Source: an uncultured Armatimonadia bacterium (GTDB lineage: Bacteria > Armatimonadota > Zipacnadia > Zipacnadales > VGFC01). Taken from it: a stretch of DNA of 64,000 bases. Shown in pieces: positions 18,011 to 27,858 of this stretch (within the stretch, counting starts at the first letter, position 1; every line of letters begins with the position of its first letter). Position numbers and translations under genes: made by a program. The notes beneath the pieces were generated by a model. The model was not told where the DNA came from, searched no databases, and saw only the letters and a list, made by a program, of their open reading frames with translations. The DNA is taken from NCBI GenBank assembly GCA_964555935.1, contig CAZKUN010000007.1, positions 22,474 to 86,473 on the forward strand, read 5' to 3'.

Positions 18011-21000
18011 CTAGGCTTTCGCCAACTGCACCACCATCTCCATGTCGTTGAGGGTGATCGACTCGCCCTCGGCGGCCTCGACGATATCCAGTGCCTCGGC
18101 CAACGTTTCGCCCTGGATCGTCTCGGCGTACTCGGTGCAGACGGACGTCAGCCCCTCGTCGCCGCTCACCTTCAGGTGGATGCGGTCGGTGAGGTCAAGG
18201 CCCGCATTCTTGCGCAGGACTTGGATCCGCCGCACGATGTCACGCGCGAGACCCTCGCGGACCAGCGCCTCAGTTAGCGTGACGTTTAGCGCGATGGAGA
18301 CCTGTCCCGCCTCGGCCGTCATTATGCCTTCTCGGTCGACTGATTCGATCTCCACCATCTCCGGCGTGATCTCGGCGGTCTCGCCGCCAACGGTGATCGT
18401 GATGTTCTCGCCCGTCGCCAGCGGCTGAACCTCGTCCGCGCTGAGGTCGGCGATCACTGCCGCGGCCGCCTGTGACTTCTGTCGGAAGACAGGTCCGAGG
18501 GCGCGGTGGTTCGGGTTGGCCTTCACGGTCTTCAGCTCGCCAAGATCATCGACCAGCTTGATGTCCTTCACGTTGACCTCGTCGACGATGTCGCCCCGGA
18601 ACTTCTCGAGCCATGGGCGGCTCTCCTCGGGCATGACGACGAGCAACTCGCTTAGCGGCTGGCGCACGCGCATCTGGGCGTCGTTGCGCGCCGAGGAAGC
18701 GAGGTTGATGACCTGCTGGATGTCTTCCACCACCGCCTCGAGTTCACCGTCGATGAGATCCGGTCTCGCCACGGGGAAGGCCGTGTGGTGGACGCTCTCA
18801 GGCGCCGATTTATCCACGCCCCGCACGAGGGTCTGGTACATCTCCTCGGCCATGAACGGCATGAACGGCGCCGCCGTGCGGATGAGCGTGCAGATGACGT
18901 GGTAGAGAGTGTTGTATGCCGCTTGCTTGTCGGGGCTATCGCCAGCCTTCCACATCCGCCGGCGGCTGCGCCGGATGTACCAGCGAGAGACGTCATCCCA
19001 TAGCGCCTCGATGGCGTCCGCGGCGCGACGCACCTCGAAGGTCTCGAGCCCCTTGCGGACGTCCTCGACGGTCCTGTACGTGCGCGAGAGGATCCACTTG
19101 TCCGGCAGCGTCAGCGCCTCGGTCGGCGGCTCGTCGTACTTGCCGAGAGTCGGCTCGTCGACGTTGGCGTACATGATGAGGAACCGGTAGGAGTTCCAGA
19201 GCAGCGTGAGACGCCTCACGATATCGCGCCCGATGCCGAAGCCAAATCGCTGCGGTTGGTCGGTGGACTGGGTCAGGTACGACCAGCGCATGACGTCGCC
19301 GCCCATCTTGTCCTGCGCGTCGTCGAGCCAGATCGCGTTGCCCCAACTCTTGTGCATCTCCCGGCCGTCCTCGGCCAGCACTTTCTCGTATGTCAGGCAC
19401 TGCTTGTAGGGCGCGCGGCCGTCGATGGCGACGCCCATGATTAGCAGCGCGTAGAACCAAAGCCGGATCTGCTCCTGCATCTCGACCACGAGATCCGCTG
19501 GGTACCACGTATCAAAGAGGTCCCTCGTCGTCAGGTACCCCAGGGTCGAGAACGGCACGATCCCCGCGTCGAGCCAGCAGTCGCCGACCTCCACCACGCG
19601 GGTGACCTCGGCGCCGCACTTCGGGCAGGCGATCTTCACGTCGTCGATCCACGGGCGGTGCAGTTCGGGCAGATCATCAACCGGCGCGGTCGCGAGTTCC
19701 TTCAGCTCATCGAGGCTGCCGATGACGGTGATCTCACCGCACTCGCACGCGTAAAACGGCAGCGGCAAGCCCCAAAAGCGCTTGCGGGAGATGCACCAGT
19801 CGCCCATGCCCTCCAGCCAGTTCGCCATCCGCGCCTGAGCGTAGTCGGGTTGCCATGCAACCGTCGCGTTGGCGTCGAGAAGCTGCTGGCGGATCTCATC
19901 CACGCCGATGAACCACTCGTCGACGAGCCGGAAGATGAGTTCCTCGCTGCAGCGCCAGCAGTGCGGATAGCGGTGCTCGTACTGCTCGGTCTTGTAGAGG
20001 TAGCCCTTGGCTTCCAGGCTCTCGAAGACCGTCTCCGCGACCTCGCTGACGTACGCTCCGGACATGTCGCCGAAGGTGTCGAGGTACAGTCCCGCCTCGT
20101 CCGTCGCACCGATGACGGGGAGGTCGATCTCTTTCGACAGTTCGTAGTCCTCGAGCCCGCATCCGGGCGCGACATGCACGACGCCGGTTCCTTCAGTGGC
20201 CTCGACTTGATCCCAGACGACGACCTTGTGTTCGATGCCGTCCTGCGCCGCGATCTCGTCGAACGGGCCGCTGTAGGATCTGCCCGCAAGCTCGCCACCC
20301 TTAACGACTTCGACGACCTCGTGCTCGCCCTTGAGTATGTCGAGGCGTTCGGTGGCAACCCATAACAGCTCGTCGCCCTGCCTGACTTTGGAATACTCGA
20401 GGTCCTCGCCGACCGCCAGCGCTACGTTCGCCGCGAGGGTCCAGGGCGTCGTTGTCCAAACCAGGATCTTCTCTTCGCCGCCATCCAGCGGCAGCTTGAT
20501 GAAGACGGCGGTATGCGTGGTGTCCTTGTACGAATCGAGCATCTCGTGCTGGCTGAGGCTTGTCCCGCAGCGCGCGCACCAGGGCATCGGGCGATAGGCG
20601 CGATGCAGCCAGCCCTTCTCAAAGCAGCCCTTCAGGAAGTGCCAGATGTACTCGATGTTCGTGTCGGAGAGCGTGTAGTAATCCTCGCCCCAGCTCATCC
20701 ATTGGCCGAGTTCGATGGATTGCTCGAGCTGCAGCTTCGAGAACTTCTCCACCCGGGCACGACAGGCGCGGGAGAACTTGTCGAGGCCATACTCCTCGAT
20801 GTCTCGCTTCGTCTTTAGGCCGAGTTCCTTCTCGACCTCGACTTCGACCCACAGACCGTGGCAGTCGAATCCGTTCTGATAGCGCTGCTGGAAGCCTTGC
20901 ATGGCCTTGTAGCGCAGGTAGACGTCCTTGTAGGTCCGGCCGCGCGCGTGATGCACGCCCATCGGATTGTTGGCGGTGATGGGACCGTCAATGAACGAGT

Positions 21001-21124
21001 GGATAGGCCCTTCCGCGTTCTTCTCAAGCAGCTTCTCGAACGCGTTGGTCTCCTCCCAGAACTTGAGCGTGTCAAGCTGGGTCTGCCTGAAATCGGGCTC
21101 ATCCCTGACGGGGTTGAACAGCAT
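18011..21124 (-). CDS. ileS: isoleucine--tRNA ligase (type 2, about 1037 aa)
   Basis: Class I aaRS HIGH region (PMGVHHARG), KMSKS variant (MHKSWGN), CP1 editing domain and Zn-binding Cys cluster. Clear IleS family. Confidence 0.95.
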   Translation of the reverse strand: MLFNPVRDEPDFRQTQLDTLKFWEETNAFEKLLEKNAEGPIHSFIDGPITANNPMGVHHARGRTYKDVYLRYKAMQGFQQRYQNGFDCHGLWVEVEVEKELGLKTKRDIEEYGLDKFSRACRARVEKFSKLQLEQSIELGQWMSWGEDYYTLSDTNIEYIWHFLKGCFEKGWLHRAYRPMPWCARCGTSLSQHEMLDSYKDTTHTAVFIKLPLDGGEEKILVWTTTPWTLAANVALAVGEDLEYSKVRQGDELLWVATERLDILKGEHEVVEVVKGGELAGRSYSGPFDEIAAQDGIEHKVVVWDQVEATEGTGVVHVAPGCGLEDYELSKEIDLPVIGATDEAGLYLDTFGDMSGAYVSEVAETVFESLEAKGYLYKTEQYEHRYPHCWRCSEELIFRLVDEWFIGVDEIRQQLLDANATVAWQPDYAQARMANWLEGMGDWCISRKRFWGLPLPFYACECGEITVIGSLDELKELATAPVDDLPELHRPWIDDVKIACPKCGAEVTRVVEVGDCWLDAGIVPFSTLGYLTTRDLFDTWYPADLVVEMQEQIRLWFYALLIMGVAIDGRAPYKQCLTYEKVLAEDGREMHKSWGNAIWLDDAQDKMGGDVMRWSYLTQSTDQPQRFGFGIGRDIVRRLTLLWNSYRFLIMYANVDEPTLGKYDEPPTEALTLPDKWILSRTYRTVEDVRKGLETFEVRRAADAIEALWDDVSRWYIRRSRRRMWKAGDSPDKQAAYNTLYHVICTLIRTAAPFMPFMAEEMYQTLVRGVDKSAPESVHHTAFPVARPDLIDGELEAVVEDIQQVINLASSARNDAQMRVRQPLSELLVVMPEESRPWLEKFRGDIVDEVNVKDIKLVDDLGELKTVKANPNHRALGPVFRQKSQAAAAVIADLSADEVQPLATGENITITVGGETAEITPEMVEIESVDREGIMTAEAGQVSIALNVTLTEALVREGLARDIVRRIQVLRKNAGLDLTDRIHLKVSGDEGLTSVCTEYAETIQGETLAEALDIVEAAEGESITLNDMEMVVQLAKA

Positions 21125-21368
21125 GGTCTCTCACCGATCCTGCTCAGAAGTGTGTTGGCGCGTCGAGCCGCGTAGCGACGGGCTTCCAGCCCGTCGGCCG
21201 TGCGGTATCGCCTCGCATTGCCAAGTATACGTTGGGAAGCGCCTCAGGGGCACAGTATATTTCCGCGCCGATTACGAGTCAACCGGGGTCCGCCGCCCCA
21301 CGCGGAAGGTCCATACCCCCATTCACCCGAACCTCCCGCCGCTGTCGAATGCCCTTCTGTTGAGGTCA

Positions 21369-21938
21369 ATGACCATGCGCAAGGTACTGCTTGTGATCGG
21401 CGACGCCGCGGAGGTCACCGATACGTTGTACCCCTACTTCCGCGTCCAGGAAGACGGCTACGAGTGCGTCGTCGCTGCGCCGGAGAAGCGCGTCTATCAT
21501 CTCGTCCAGCACGACCTGCACCCGGACTGGGACATTACGATCGAATCGAAGGGCTACAACTTCCCTAGCGACATCGCGTTCCGCGACATCGACTGCGACG
21601 AATATACCGGCCTGATCATCTCGGGCGGGCGCGCGCCGGAGTACTTGCGCTACGACCAGGATCTCATGGCCGTCACGCGCCACTTCGCCGAGACGGGCAA
21701 GCCCATCGCCTCCGTTTGCCATGGCATCGAGATCATCGCCGCCGCCGATATCATCAAGGGCCGGCGCGTCACGACCGTCGCCAAGTGCCAGTATGACGCT
21801 GAGTTCTCCGGCGGCATCTACGAGGACAGCGAGGTCGTCGTCGACGGCAACCTCGTGACCGCCCGCACGTTCTGGGACAACGCGCCGTGGATGCGCGAGT
21901 TCATGAAGATCCTGAACGCCGCCCGCGACGCTTCGTAA
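21369..21938 (+). CDS. DJ-1/PfpI family protein (class I glutamine amidotransferase-like)
   Basis: VLLVIGD N-terminus and nucleophile elbow IASVCHG. Size about 190 aa. ATG 21369 (MTMRKVLL). Confidence 0.8.
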   Translation: MTMRKVLLVIGDAAEVTDTLYPYFRVQEDGYECVVAAPEKRVYHLVQHDLHPDWDITIESKGYNFPSDIAFRDIDCDEYTGLIISGGRAPEYLRYDQDLMAVTRHFAETGKPIASVCHGIEIIAAADIIKGRRVTTVAKCQYDAEFSGGIYEDSEVVVDGNLVTARTFWDNAPWMREFMKILNAARDAS

Positions 21939-21956
21939 TCACGTAGGAGTGACACC

Positions 21957-23153
21957 ATGGAACCACTGAACCTGATGCTTATCGGAGCCGGAATGATGGG
22001 CGCTCGCCACCTGCGCGGGCATGCTGAACTCGAGCGGACGAAGCCGGGCAGCCTGAAGCTCCGCGCGATCTGCGAGCCGCAGGAAGACGTCGCCGCCTCC
22101 GTCGCCGCCGAGGCCCAGGAACTCTTCGGCTACGCGGTCCCGACCTACCCGTCGACAGATGACGCACTCGCCGCCGAAGACGGCATCGAGGCGGCGGATG
22201 TCGTGACCGGCAACCGCTCGCACGACCCGATTGCCGTGCCACTGCTCGAATCGGGCATCCATGTCATGATCGAGAAGCCGCTCGGGCTCACCATCGAGCG
22301 CGCTCAGCGCATCATCAACGCCGCTCGCGAGTCTGATCGCGTGCTGGCCGTCGCCGAGAACAACCGGCGCGATCCGATCAACCGCCTCTGCCGACACATC
22401 ATCGAGAGCGGCCTGATCGGCGAGCCACAGCTCGTAATCCAGGCGCAGGTCAACGTCGGCCGCAACATCCTCGCCTCCGTCTGGCGTCACGCAACGTCAA
22501 TGGGTGGGTTGGCACTCGACATCGGCATCCACCAGGGCTACATGCTGGAGATGCTCCTCGGGCCGATCGACACGATTTACGCCCAGAGCCGCCAGGTCTG
22601 GCCGACCCGTTTGGACCCCCAGAAGAACGAGATTCCCGTGGAGTCGGATGATGTCTTCACTGCCACCGTGCTCTTTGAGAGCGGCGTCCGGGGCACGTGG
22701 ACGATGGACTTCGCCGGCGTCGGCAAGGGCATGTATCAGCGCGACGTCTTCGGCACGCTGGGAACGCTTGAGACCACCTCCGGACGCTCGGGCAATCCGC
22801 CGAAGGTGAAGCTCGAGGGCGAGGAGTTGCAGGGCGATGCGCTGCTCGAGCGCGTGCCTGAGTTTGAGCTGAACGAGATCGACACGGCGCTCTGGGGCGG
22901 CAAGCTCGCGAGCTACTCCCAGGAGGGTCCGATCACCGACCGCAAGCTGATCGCCGCGGAGCTTGATGACTTCATCACCTCGGTCCGCACGGGCTGCGAG
23001 CCCGAGGTGCCGGGCGAATTGGGAATCCGGGGTGTCGCCATCATCTATTCCCTGCTCGAATCATGCGCCAGTGGCTGCCCCGTGAGAGTGGATGACGTGC
23101 TCTCGGGCGAGGTCCGTTGCGTGCAGGATACCGTCGAAGCCGCCGGAGGCTAG
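21957..23153 (+). CDS. Gfo/Idh/MocA family oxidoreductase
   Basis: N-terminal Rossmann LIGAGMMGARH, EKP motif (IEKPLG). aggag RBS 8 nt upstream. Confidence 0.8.
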   Translation: MEPLNLMLIGAGMMGARHLRGHAELERTKPGSLKLRAICEPQEDVAASVAAEAQELFGYAVPTYPSTDDALAAEDGIEAADVVTGNRSHDPIAVPLLESGIHVMIEKPLGLTIERAQRIINAARESDRVLAVAENNRRDPINRLCRHIIESGLIGEPQLVIQAQVNVGRNILASVWRHATSMGGLALDIGIHQGYMLEMLLGPIDTIYAQSRQVWPTRLDPQKNEIPVESDDVFTATVLFESGVRGTWTMDFAGVGKGMYQRDVFGTLGTLETTSGRSGNPPKVKLEGEELQGDALLERVPEFELNEIDTALWGGKLASYSQEGPITDRKLIAAELDDFITSVRTGCEPEVPGELGIRGVAIIYSLLESCASGCPVRVDDVLSGEVRCVQDTVEAAGG

Positions 23154-23167
23154 GCCGAGACCAACAG

Positions 23168-23971
23168 ATGCTATCGCTCGTCGTCACCACATCCCGGGCG
23201 GAGAACCCGCAACTGCATCCCATCTGTCAGATGTGGGCTGAGCGGTTGCGCGTCCCCTTTGTCATCCGGCGGGATCGCTCCGTCGCCGCGATCTGTCGCG
23301 ATGAGGGCGTCGACGGTACGCTGGTGATCTCGGTCGACCGGCCGCCCACGTTCCTCTCAGCCGACCAAAGCATCCGGTACTACTACCACCCGGGCATGGC
23401 GCTGACGCGCATCCGCAACATCGTCCGCGGCATGGGCGATCCGATGGTTCGCGCGATGAAACTCGGTGAGGGAGACAGCGTCCTCGACTGCACGCTCGGC
23501 CGGGCATCGGACGCGCTCGTCGCGGCGCACGTGGTGGGCGAGACCGGGCGCGTGGTCGGGTTCGAGGCCTCGCCGGTGCTTGCTGAGCTGACCATTGACG
23601 GGCTGAAAGTCTACGAGCCCACCAAGGCAGCGCTCGCGCCCGTTTTCCGCGCCATCGACGCGCGCTCGGGCGATGCTCGCGAGTTCCTCCGCGAGTCCGA
23701 TGACGGGAGCTTCGATGTTGTCTACTTCGACCCCATCTTCGGTGATCCGGTAGACGCCTCGTCGCAGATGCAACCGCTGAGACCGCTGGCGGACCCGCAG
23801 CCGCTGGCGCCCGAGACGGTCGTCGATGCCCGCCGCGTGGCGCGGCGCTCCGTGGTCATTAAAGAGCGCGTCGAGGCCTCGCTGTGGGCGGAGCTGGGCA
23901 TCGTTGACATCTTCCGCGGCAACAAGAGCACCATTGCCTACGGCGCGCTTCCGGCCGTGGGCGCAGACTGA
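23168..23971 (+). CDS. class I SAM-dependent methyltransferase, RsmJ (16S rRNA m2G1516) -like
   Basis: Matches RsmJ/YhiQ blocks by recall: VLDCTLGRASDA, VVGFEASPVLAELTIDGL, VVYFDPIF. Start at MLSLVV (23168). Confidence 0.65.
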   Translation: MLSLVVTTSRAENPQLHPICQMWAERLRVPFVIRRDRSVAAICRDEGVDGTLVISVDRPPTFLSADQSIRYYYHPGMALTRIRNIVRGMGDPMVRAMKLGEGDSVLDCTLGRASDALVAAHVVGETGRVVGFEASPVLAELTIDGLKVYEPTKAALAPVFRAIDARSGDAREFLRESDDGSFDVVYFDPIFGDPVDASSQMQPLRPLADPQPLAPETVVDARRVARRSVVIKERVEASLWAELGIVDIFRGNKSTIAYGALPAVGAD

Positions 23972-23980
23972 GAGGCAGAA

Positions 23981-24265
23981 ATGGCTATTCGCGCGCTTCT
24001 GATTCATCCTGATGATCACGTTGCGGTTGTCACTGAAGACGTCGCTGTTGGCGACGCGGTGCTCGCCGAATCGTCCTCGGGATCCATCGAGATCACCGCT
24101 ACGATGGAGATCCTCGCCGGCCACAAGATCGCGGCGCGCGCCGTCGCGACGGGCGAGCCCGTTCTGAAATACAGTGAGAAGATCGGCCTCGCGATCCAGG
24201 ACATCGCCGTCGGCGACCATGTCCACATGCACAACCTCGCTAGCGACCGGGTGAAGGTGGACTGA
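23981..24265 (+). CDS. SAF-domain protein (UxaA/altronate dehydratase N-terminal small-subunit-like)
   Basis: 94 aa. IHPDDHVAVV...GHKIAARAV..GEPVLKY...IAVGDHVHMHNL pattern of SAF domain. Confidence 0.6.
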   Translation: MAIRALLIHPDDHVAVVTEDVAVGDAVLAESSSGSIEITATMEILAGHKIAARAVATGEPVLKYSEKIGLAIQDIAVGDHVHMHNLASDRVKVD

Positions 24266-24304
24266 GCGCCGCAGCGAAGGGCCGACGCCACAGGAGTTCG
24301 ATCC

Positions 24305-24544
24305 GTGCAAGATGAGTTGCCGTTTGACATCCCAGAGCCTCAGAAGCGCAAGCGCCGCCCGCGCCGGAAGCGCCGGGTCGTCTCGCCCAAGCGCGTGCCG
24401 GTGCAGCTCGCCATGTTCCGGGTGCCCGATCTCACGAAGTGCGGCTTCTGCGGCGTCGCCGTCACGGTGCTCGAGGAGATGGCCGCTTGCCAGGAATGTG
24501 GGGGGATAATTACGCGCCCCGAGCCTGATGACTTCGACGACTGA
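24305..24544 (+). CDS. small highly basic protein with C-terminal CxxC...CxxC zinc-ribbon and acidic tail
   Basis: 79 aa. GTG start with aggag 9 nt upstream. KRKRRPRRKRR stretch, then CGFCG...CQECGG, then PEPDDFDD. Stop is 12 nt before the radical SAM gene. Confidence 0.5.
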   Translation: MQDELPFDIPEPQKRKRRPRRKRRVVSPKRVPVQLAMFRVPDLTKCGFCGVAVTVLEEMAACQECGGIITRPEPDDFDD

Positions 24545-24556
24545 CGGAGGCCCCCA

Positions 24557-25600
24557 ATGCCCAACCCCGAGCCCGATCGAAGCGTCCCCATCGCGGAAGT
24601 CATCGAGCAAGTCGGCGTCGCCCGCGCCATCCAGATCAAACATGTCGCCAGTGTCCTCTACACCTATCGCTGCACCCTCCGCTGCCGCCACTGCCTCTTC
24701 AACTGCGCGCCTGATCGGCCTAACGTCCACGTCAGCCTGGAGGACGGGCTTGACTTCCTCCGCCAACTCCACGCGACAGGCCGCTGCATACACATCGCCG
24801 GCGGCGAGGCGTTGATGTACTACCACGAAGTGCTGGAGTTGTGCCGCGAGGCCGACAGGGAAGGCATCGCGCCGCACTTCATCGAGACGAACGCCACCTG
24901 GTGTGTCAACGGGGACGTCGCCCGCAAGCGCCTGCTTGAACTGCAGGACGCCGGCGTGCAAGGACTGCTTATCAGCGCCTGCCCGCACCATCAGCACGAG
25001 TGCCCGCCGGAGCGTTTCCGCACGTGTTACGAGACGGCCGTTGAGGTCTTCGGTGACCGCAATGTTGCGTCGTCTGACGTGCCGATGGAGACGCTGCGCA
25101 ATTACCACGAGATAGCCATGGACGACGAGAAGCTAGGCGAGTATGTCCGGCTCAACAACCCCTGCCTGGTCGGCCGCGCGGGGGAGCGCCTCGCGCGGTA
25201 CCTGCCGGAGCGGCCCATCGACGACCTCGCGCATGACAGCATGTGGAAGGGCGCCAGCGAGGATGCATCGTGTCGCAAGGAGTTCGACGGGCACGACATG
25301 TGGGAGATCCACATCGACCCGTACGGCAACTACCAGACTTGCTGCGGGATCATCTTCGGGAACACCAAGAACGAATCCCTCGCCGAGGTCCTCGAGCGTG
25401 GCGTCCATACCGCGAATCCTCTGACGGCCGCCGTCCACGCGAAGGGGCCGATGGGTCTGCTTGAGATAGCCGTCGAGAAGGGCTACCAGCCCCGCGAGGG
25501 CTACCAGCAGAAGTGCGGCATGTGCTGGGAGATCCGCAAGTTCCTCCGGCCCTTCTATCCAGACATCCTTGGCCCTGCTGAGATCTACCAGGGCGACTAG
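24557..25600 (+). CDS. radical SAM enzyme with SPASM/twitch-like C-terminal region
   Basis: CxxxCxxC (CTLRCRHC). C-terminal IDPYGNYQTCCG resembles the SPASM v-D-P-x-G-x-v-x-P-C block. Further Cys pairs (CGMC). ggagg RBS. Confidence 0.8.
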   Translation: MPNPEPDRSVPIAEVIEQVGVARAIQIKHVASVLYTYRCTLRCRHCLFNCAPDRPNVHVSLEDGLDFLRQLHATGRCIHIAGGEALMYYHEVLELCREADREGIAPHFIETNATWCVNGDVARKRLLELQDAGVQGLLISACPHHQHECPPERFRTCYETAVEVFGDRNVASSDVPMETLRNYHEIAMDDEKLGEYVRLNNPCLVGRAGERLARYLPERPIDDLAHDSMWKGASEDASCRKEFDGHDMWEIHIDPYGNYQTCCGIIFGNTKNESLAEVLERGVHTANPLTAAVHAKGPMGLLEIAVEKGYQPREGYQQKCGMCWEIRKFLRPFYPDILGPAEIYQGD

Positions 25601-25672
25601 CGCCCTCCCTTTCGCTCCCCAGATGGCACTGCTGCCGCTCCCAGGCGTTGAAGGTTCTGTGGAGGCGTTACC

Positions 25673-26905
25673 ATGAAACACCTGCGGCGCGCGTTCCTCG
25701 TGGCGGCGGCGATCTTTGCGGGCACGATGCTCGCGGCCGACCCGATCGAGATGGCTGGCGGCCGACGCCAGCGCATGAATGGCTATGTCGTTCTTCACCT
25801 CGAAGGCACCCCAGAGCAGATGGGCCGACAGCACGGCCTCTTGATGAAGTCCGAGGTCCAGCGGATGATTCGCGACCTGCTGCTAAAGGGCGAGTGCGAT
25901 ACCGAGGCCGAGCATCGCCGGCTAGTCAAGGGCGCGATGGTGATGGAGAAGTACCTCGGCCGCGAGTACCGTCAGGAGTTGCGGGCGCTGGCCGACGCGG
26001 CCGACGTCGAGTACGAGGACCTCGTTCTCGCTCAGCTCTTCGGCGACGTTCAACGCGCGAGCAAGAAGAGCTACTCCACGTCCTCCTCCAGCGACGATGA
26101 CTTCAGCGGCAGCGACCCCTGGCAGTGCACGTCCTACGCCGTCTTTGGGCCCGCCACAGCGACCGGCGAGTGCATCGTCGGTCGCAATATGGATTTCTGG
26201 GACCAGGGAGTCAGCGAGTGGGGCGCCGTGCTCATCCACTTCAAGCCTGACAATGGTATCCCGTTCGTCACCACCTCGTGGGCCGGCATCGTCAACGGCT
26301 GGACCGCGATGAACTTGGAGGGAGTCGTCAGCGCGAACAACAGCTCCTTCGACGGCAAGTCTGACTCCCTCGAGGGCATCAGCACCTGCTTCATGGTCCG
26401 CAAGATTGCCCAGTTCGCCCATGATGTCGAGGAGGGCGTGCAGATCATCAAAGACACCCCTCGCTCCTGCGGGACGAACATCATCGTCGCCGGTGGGAAT
26501 CCCGCCAACGCGGCGATCGTCGAGTTCGACCACGAGGAAGTCGCCGTCCGCTGGGCTGAGAATGGCGCTATTTGCGCGGCCAACGATTTCGAGAAGCTAT
26601 ACCAACGCGAGTCGGCAACCGGCTACACGTCGTACTACTCGCGCGCGGGTCGGCTCCGCGAACTGATCGAGGAGAACTTCGGCGAGATCACCCGTGGCGA
26701 CAACTTCGCTGCCGCCGAGGGCGTGCCGCTGCGCTACATCAACCTGCACTCGGCGCTGCTGTTTCCGAAGGACCTCCGCTTCAACGTCTCGATGTCGCTC
26801 AAGCCCGCGGCCGACCATTGGTATCGGCCCTTCCGCCTCACGCCCAATGGCGTCGAGCCCGTCCCCCTCGATGAGGGATGGAGGGAGACGCTGCCGACTC
26901 CGTGA
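25673..26905 (+). CDS. secreted C45-family Ntn-hydrolase (acyl-CoA:6-APA acyltransferase-like)
   Basis: Signal peptide. Internal nucleophile context WQCTSYAVFGP...GRNMDFWD typical of autoproteolytic C45/AAT-like enzymes. Confidence 0.65.
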   Translation: MKHLRRAFLVAAAIFAGTMLAADPIEMAGGRRQRMNGYVVLHLEGTPEQMGRQHGLLMKSEVQRMIRDLLLKGECDTEAEHRRLVKGAMVMEKYLGREYRQELRALADAADVEYEDLVLAQLFGDVQRASKKSYSTSSSSDDDFSGSDPWQCTSYAVFGPATATGECIVGRNMDFWDQGVSEWGAVLIHFKPDNGIPFVTTSWAGIVNGWTAMNLEGVVSANNSSFDGKSDSLEGISTCFMVRKIAQFAHDVEEGVQIIKDTPRSCGTNIIVAGGNPANAAIVEFDHEEVAVRWAENGAICAANDFEKLYQRESATGYTSYYSRAGRLRELIEENFGEITRGDNFAAAEGVPLRYINLHSALLFPKDLRFNVSMSLKPAADHWYRPFRLTPNGVEPVPLDEGWRETLPTP

Positions 26906-26916
26906 ATCTGGGGTCC

Positions 26917-27855
26917 ATGACACCTCGCGAGCGCGTTCTGACAGCGTTGGCTCACGAAGAGCCCGACCGCGTCCCCCACAACCTCCGGCCCTCCCATGAG
27001 TTGCTGACGATGCTCTCTGAGCGCGTGAGTGAGGTCGATTTCTCCGAGCACTTCGCTCACGACGTCCGCTTCGTACACATCCCCCTCGCTCCCAAGCCCG
27101 ACGACGTGCCCGACATCGACTGGGCGCCCGAGCCGTCGGCCGAGGCCATCGCCGAGGTCGCCAAGGTCGTCGATGCGTTCCACGAGCGGGGCTTGGCGGT
27201 CTGCGGTGGCTACGCGTGCGGCGTCTACGAGCAGGCGAAGCACTGGCTCGGCGACGAGGCCACGATGATGGGGCCACACGACGACCCCGCTAAGTTCGGC
27301 GAGTTCCTCGACCGAATCACCGAGTGGAAGGCCGCCGTCTATGGCGGCTACGCGGCGGCGGGCACGGACATCGTCTGGATGGGCGATGACCTCGGCTCGC
27401 AGCGCTCGCTCATCATGAGTCCCGAGCATTACCGCGAGTGGTACAAGCCTCGCCACGAGAGAATTGCGGACTACATCCGCTCCATCAGTCCCGACGCGAA
27501 GGTCGCCTTCCACTGCTGCGGCCACGTGACGCCGCTGGTCCGCGACCTCATCGAGGTCGGCATCGACGTGCTTGAAGCCGTCCAGGCCGAGACGATGGAT
27601 ATTGCCCACCTCAAGCGCGAGTTCGGTGCGGACATCTCGTTCTGGGGCGGCGTCGGTGCGCAAAGCGTCCTCGCCCGCACCACGCCCGAGCAAGTCACCG
27701 AGGGCGTTCGCGAGACGCTCCGCATCATGGCGCCCGGCGGTGGCTACATCGCGGCGCCGTGTCACACGCTGACCGACGAGGTGCCGTGGGAGAGCGTCAT
27801 CGCCTTCCACCAGACCATCACCGACCACGGCACGTACCCAAATCCGGGAGGATAG
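26917..27855 (+). CDS. URO-D-like family protein (paralog 2)
   Basis: MTPRERVLTALAHEEPDRVPH N-terminus and overall URO-D-like architecture. Start at ATG 26917. Confidence 0.7.
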   Translation: MTPRERVLTALAHEEPDRVPHNLRPSHELLTMLSERVSEVDFSEHFAHDVRFVHIPLAPKPDDVPDIDWAPEPSAEAIAEVAKVVDAFHERGLAVCGGYACGVYEQAKHWLGDEATMMGPHDDPAKFGEFLDRITEWKAAVYGGYAAAGTDIVWMGDDLGSQRSLIMSPEHYREWYKPRHERIADYIRSISPDAKVAFHCCGHVTPLVRDLIEVGIDVLEAVQAETMDIAHLKREFGADISFWGGVGAQSVLARTTPEQVTEGVRETLRIMAPGGGYIAAPCHTLTDEVPWESVIAFHQTITDHGTYPNPGG

Positions 27856-27858
27856 CCC

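Noticed and set aside
23357-25108. 583-aa minus-strand ORF spanning the SAM-methyltransferase/SAF/rSAM region
   Set aside because: It is antisense to four well-supported plus-strand genes, Arg/Ala/Gly-rich as expected for high-GC antisense frames, and has no recognisable domain.
24557-25600. Radical SAM as an anaerobic sulfatase-maturating enzyme (anSME) for the two sulfatases
   Set aside because: At 347 aa it is too short, its CxxxCxxC lies about 50 residues in, it has too few C-terminal cysteines for the three-cluster anSME architecture, and it is about 8 kb from the sulfatases in a different operon.
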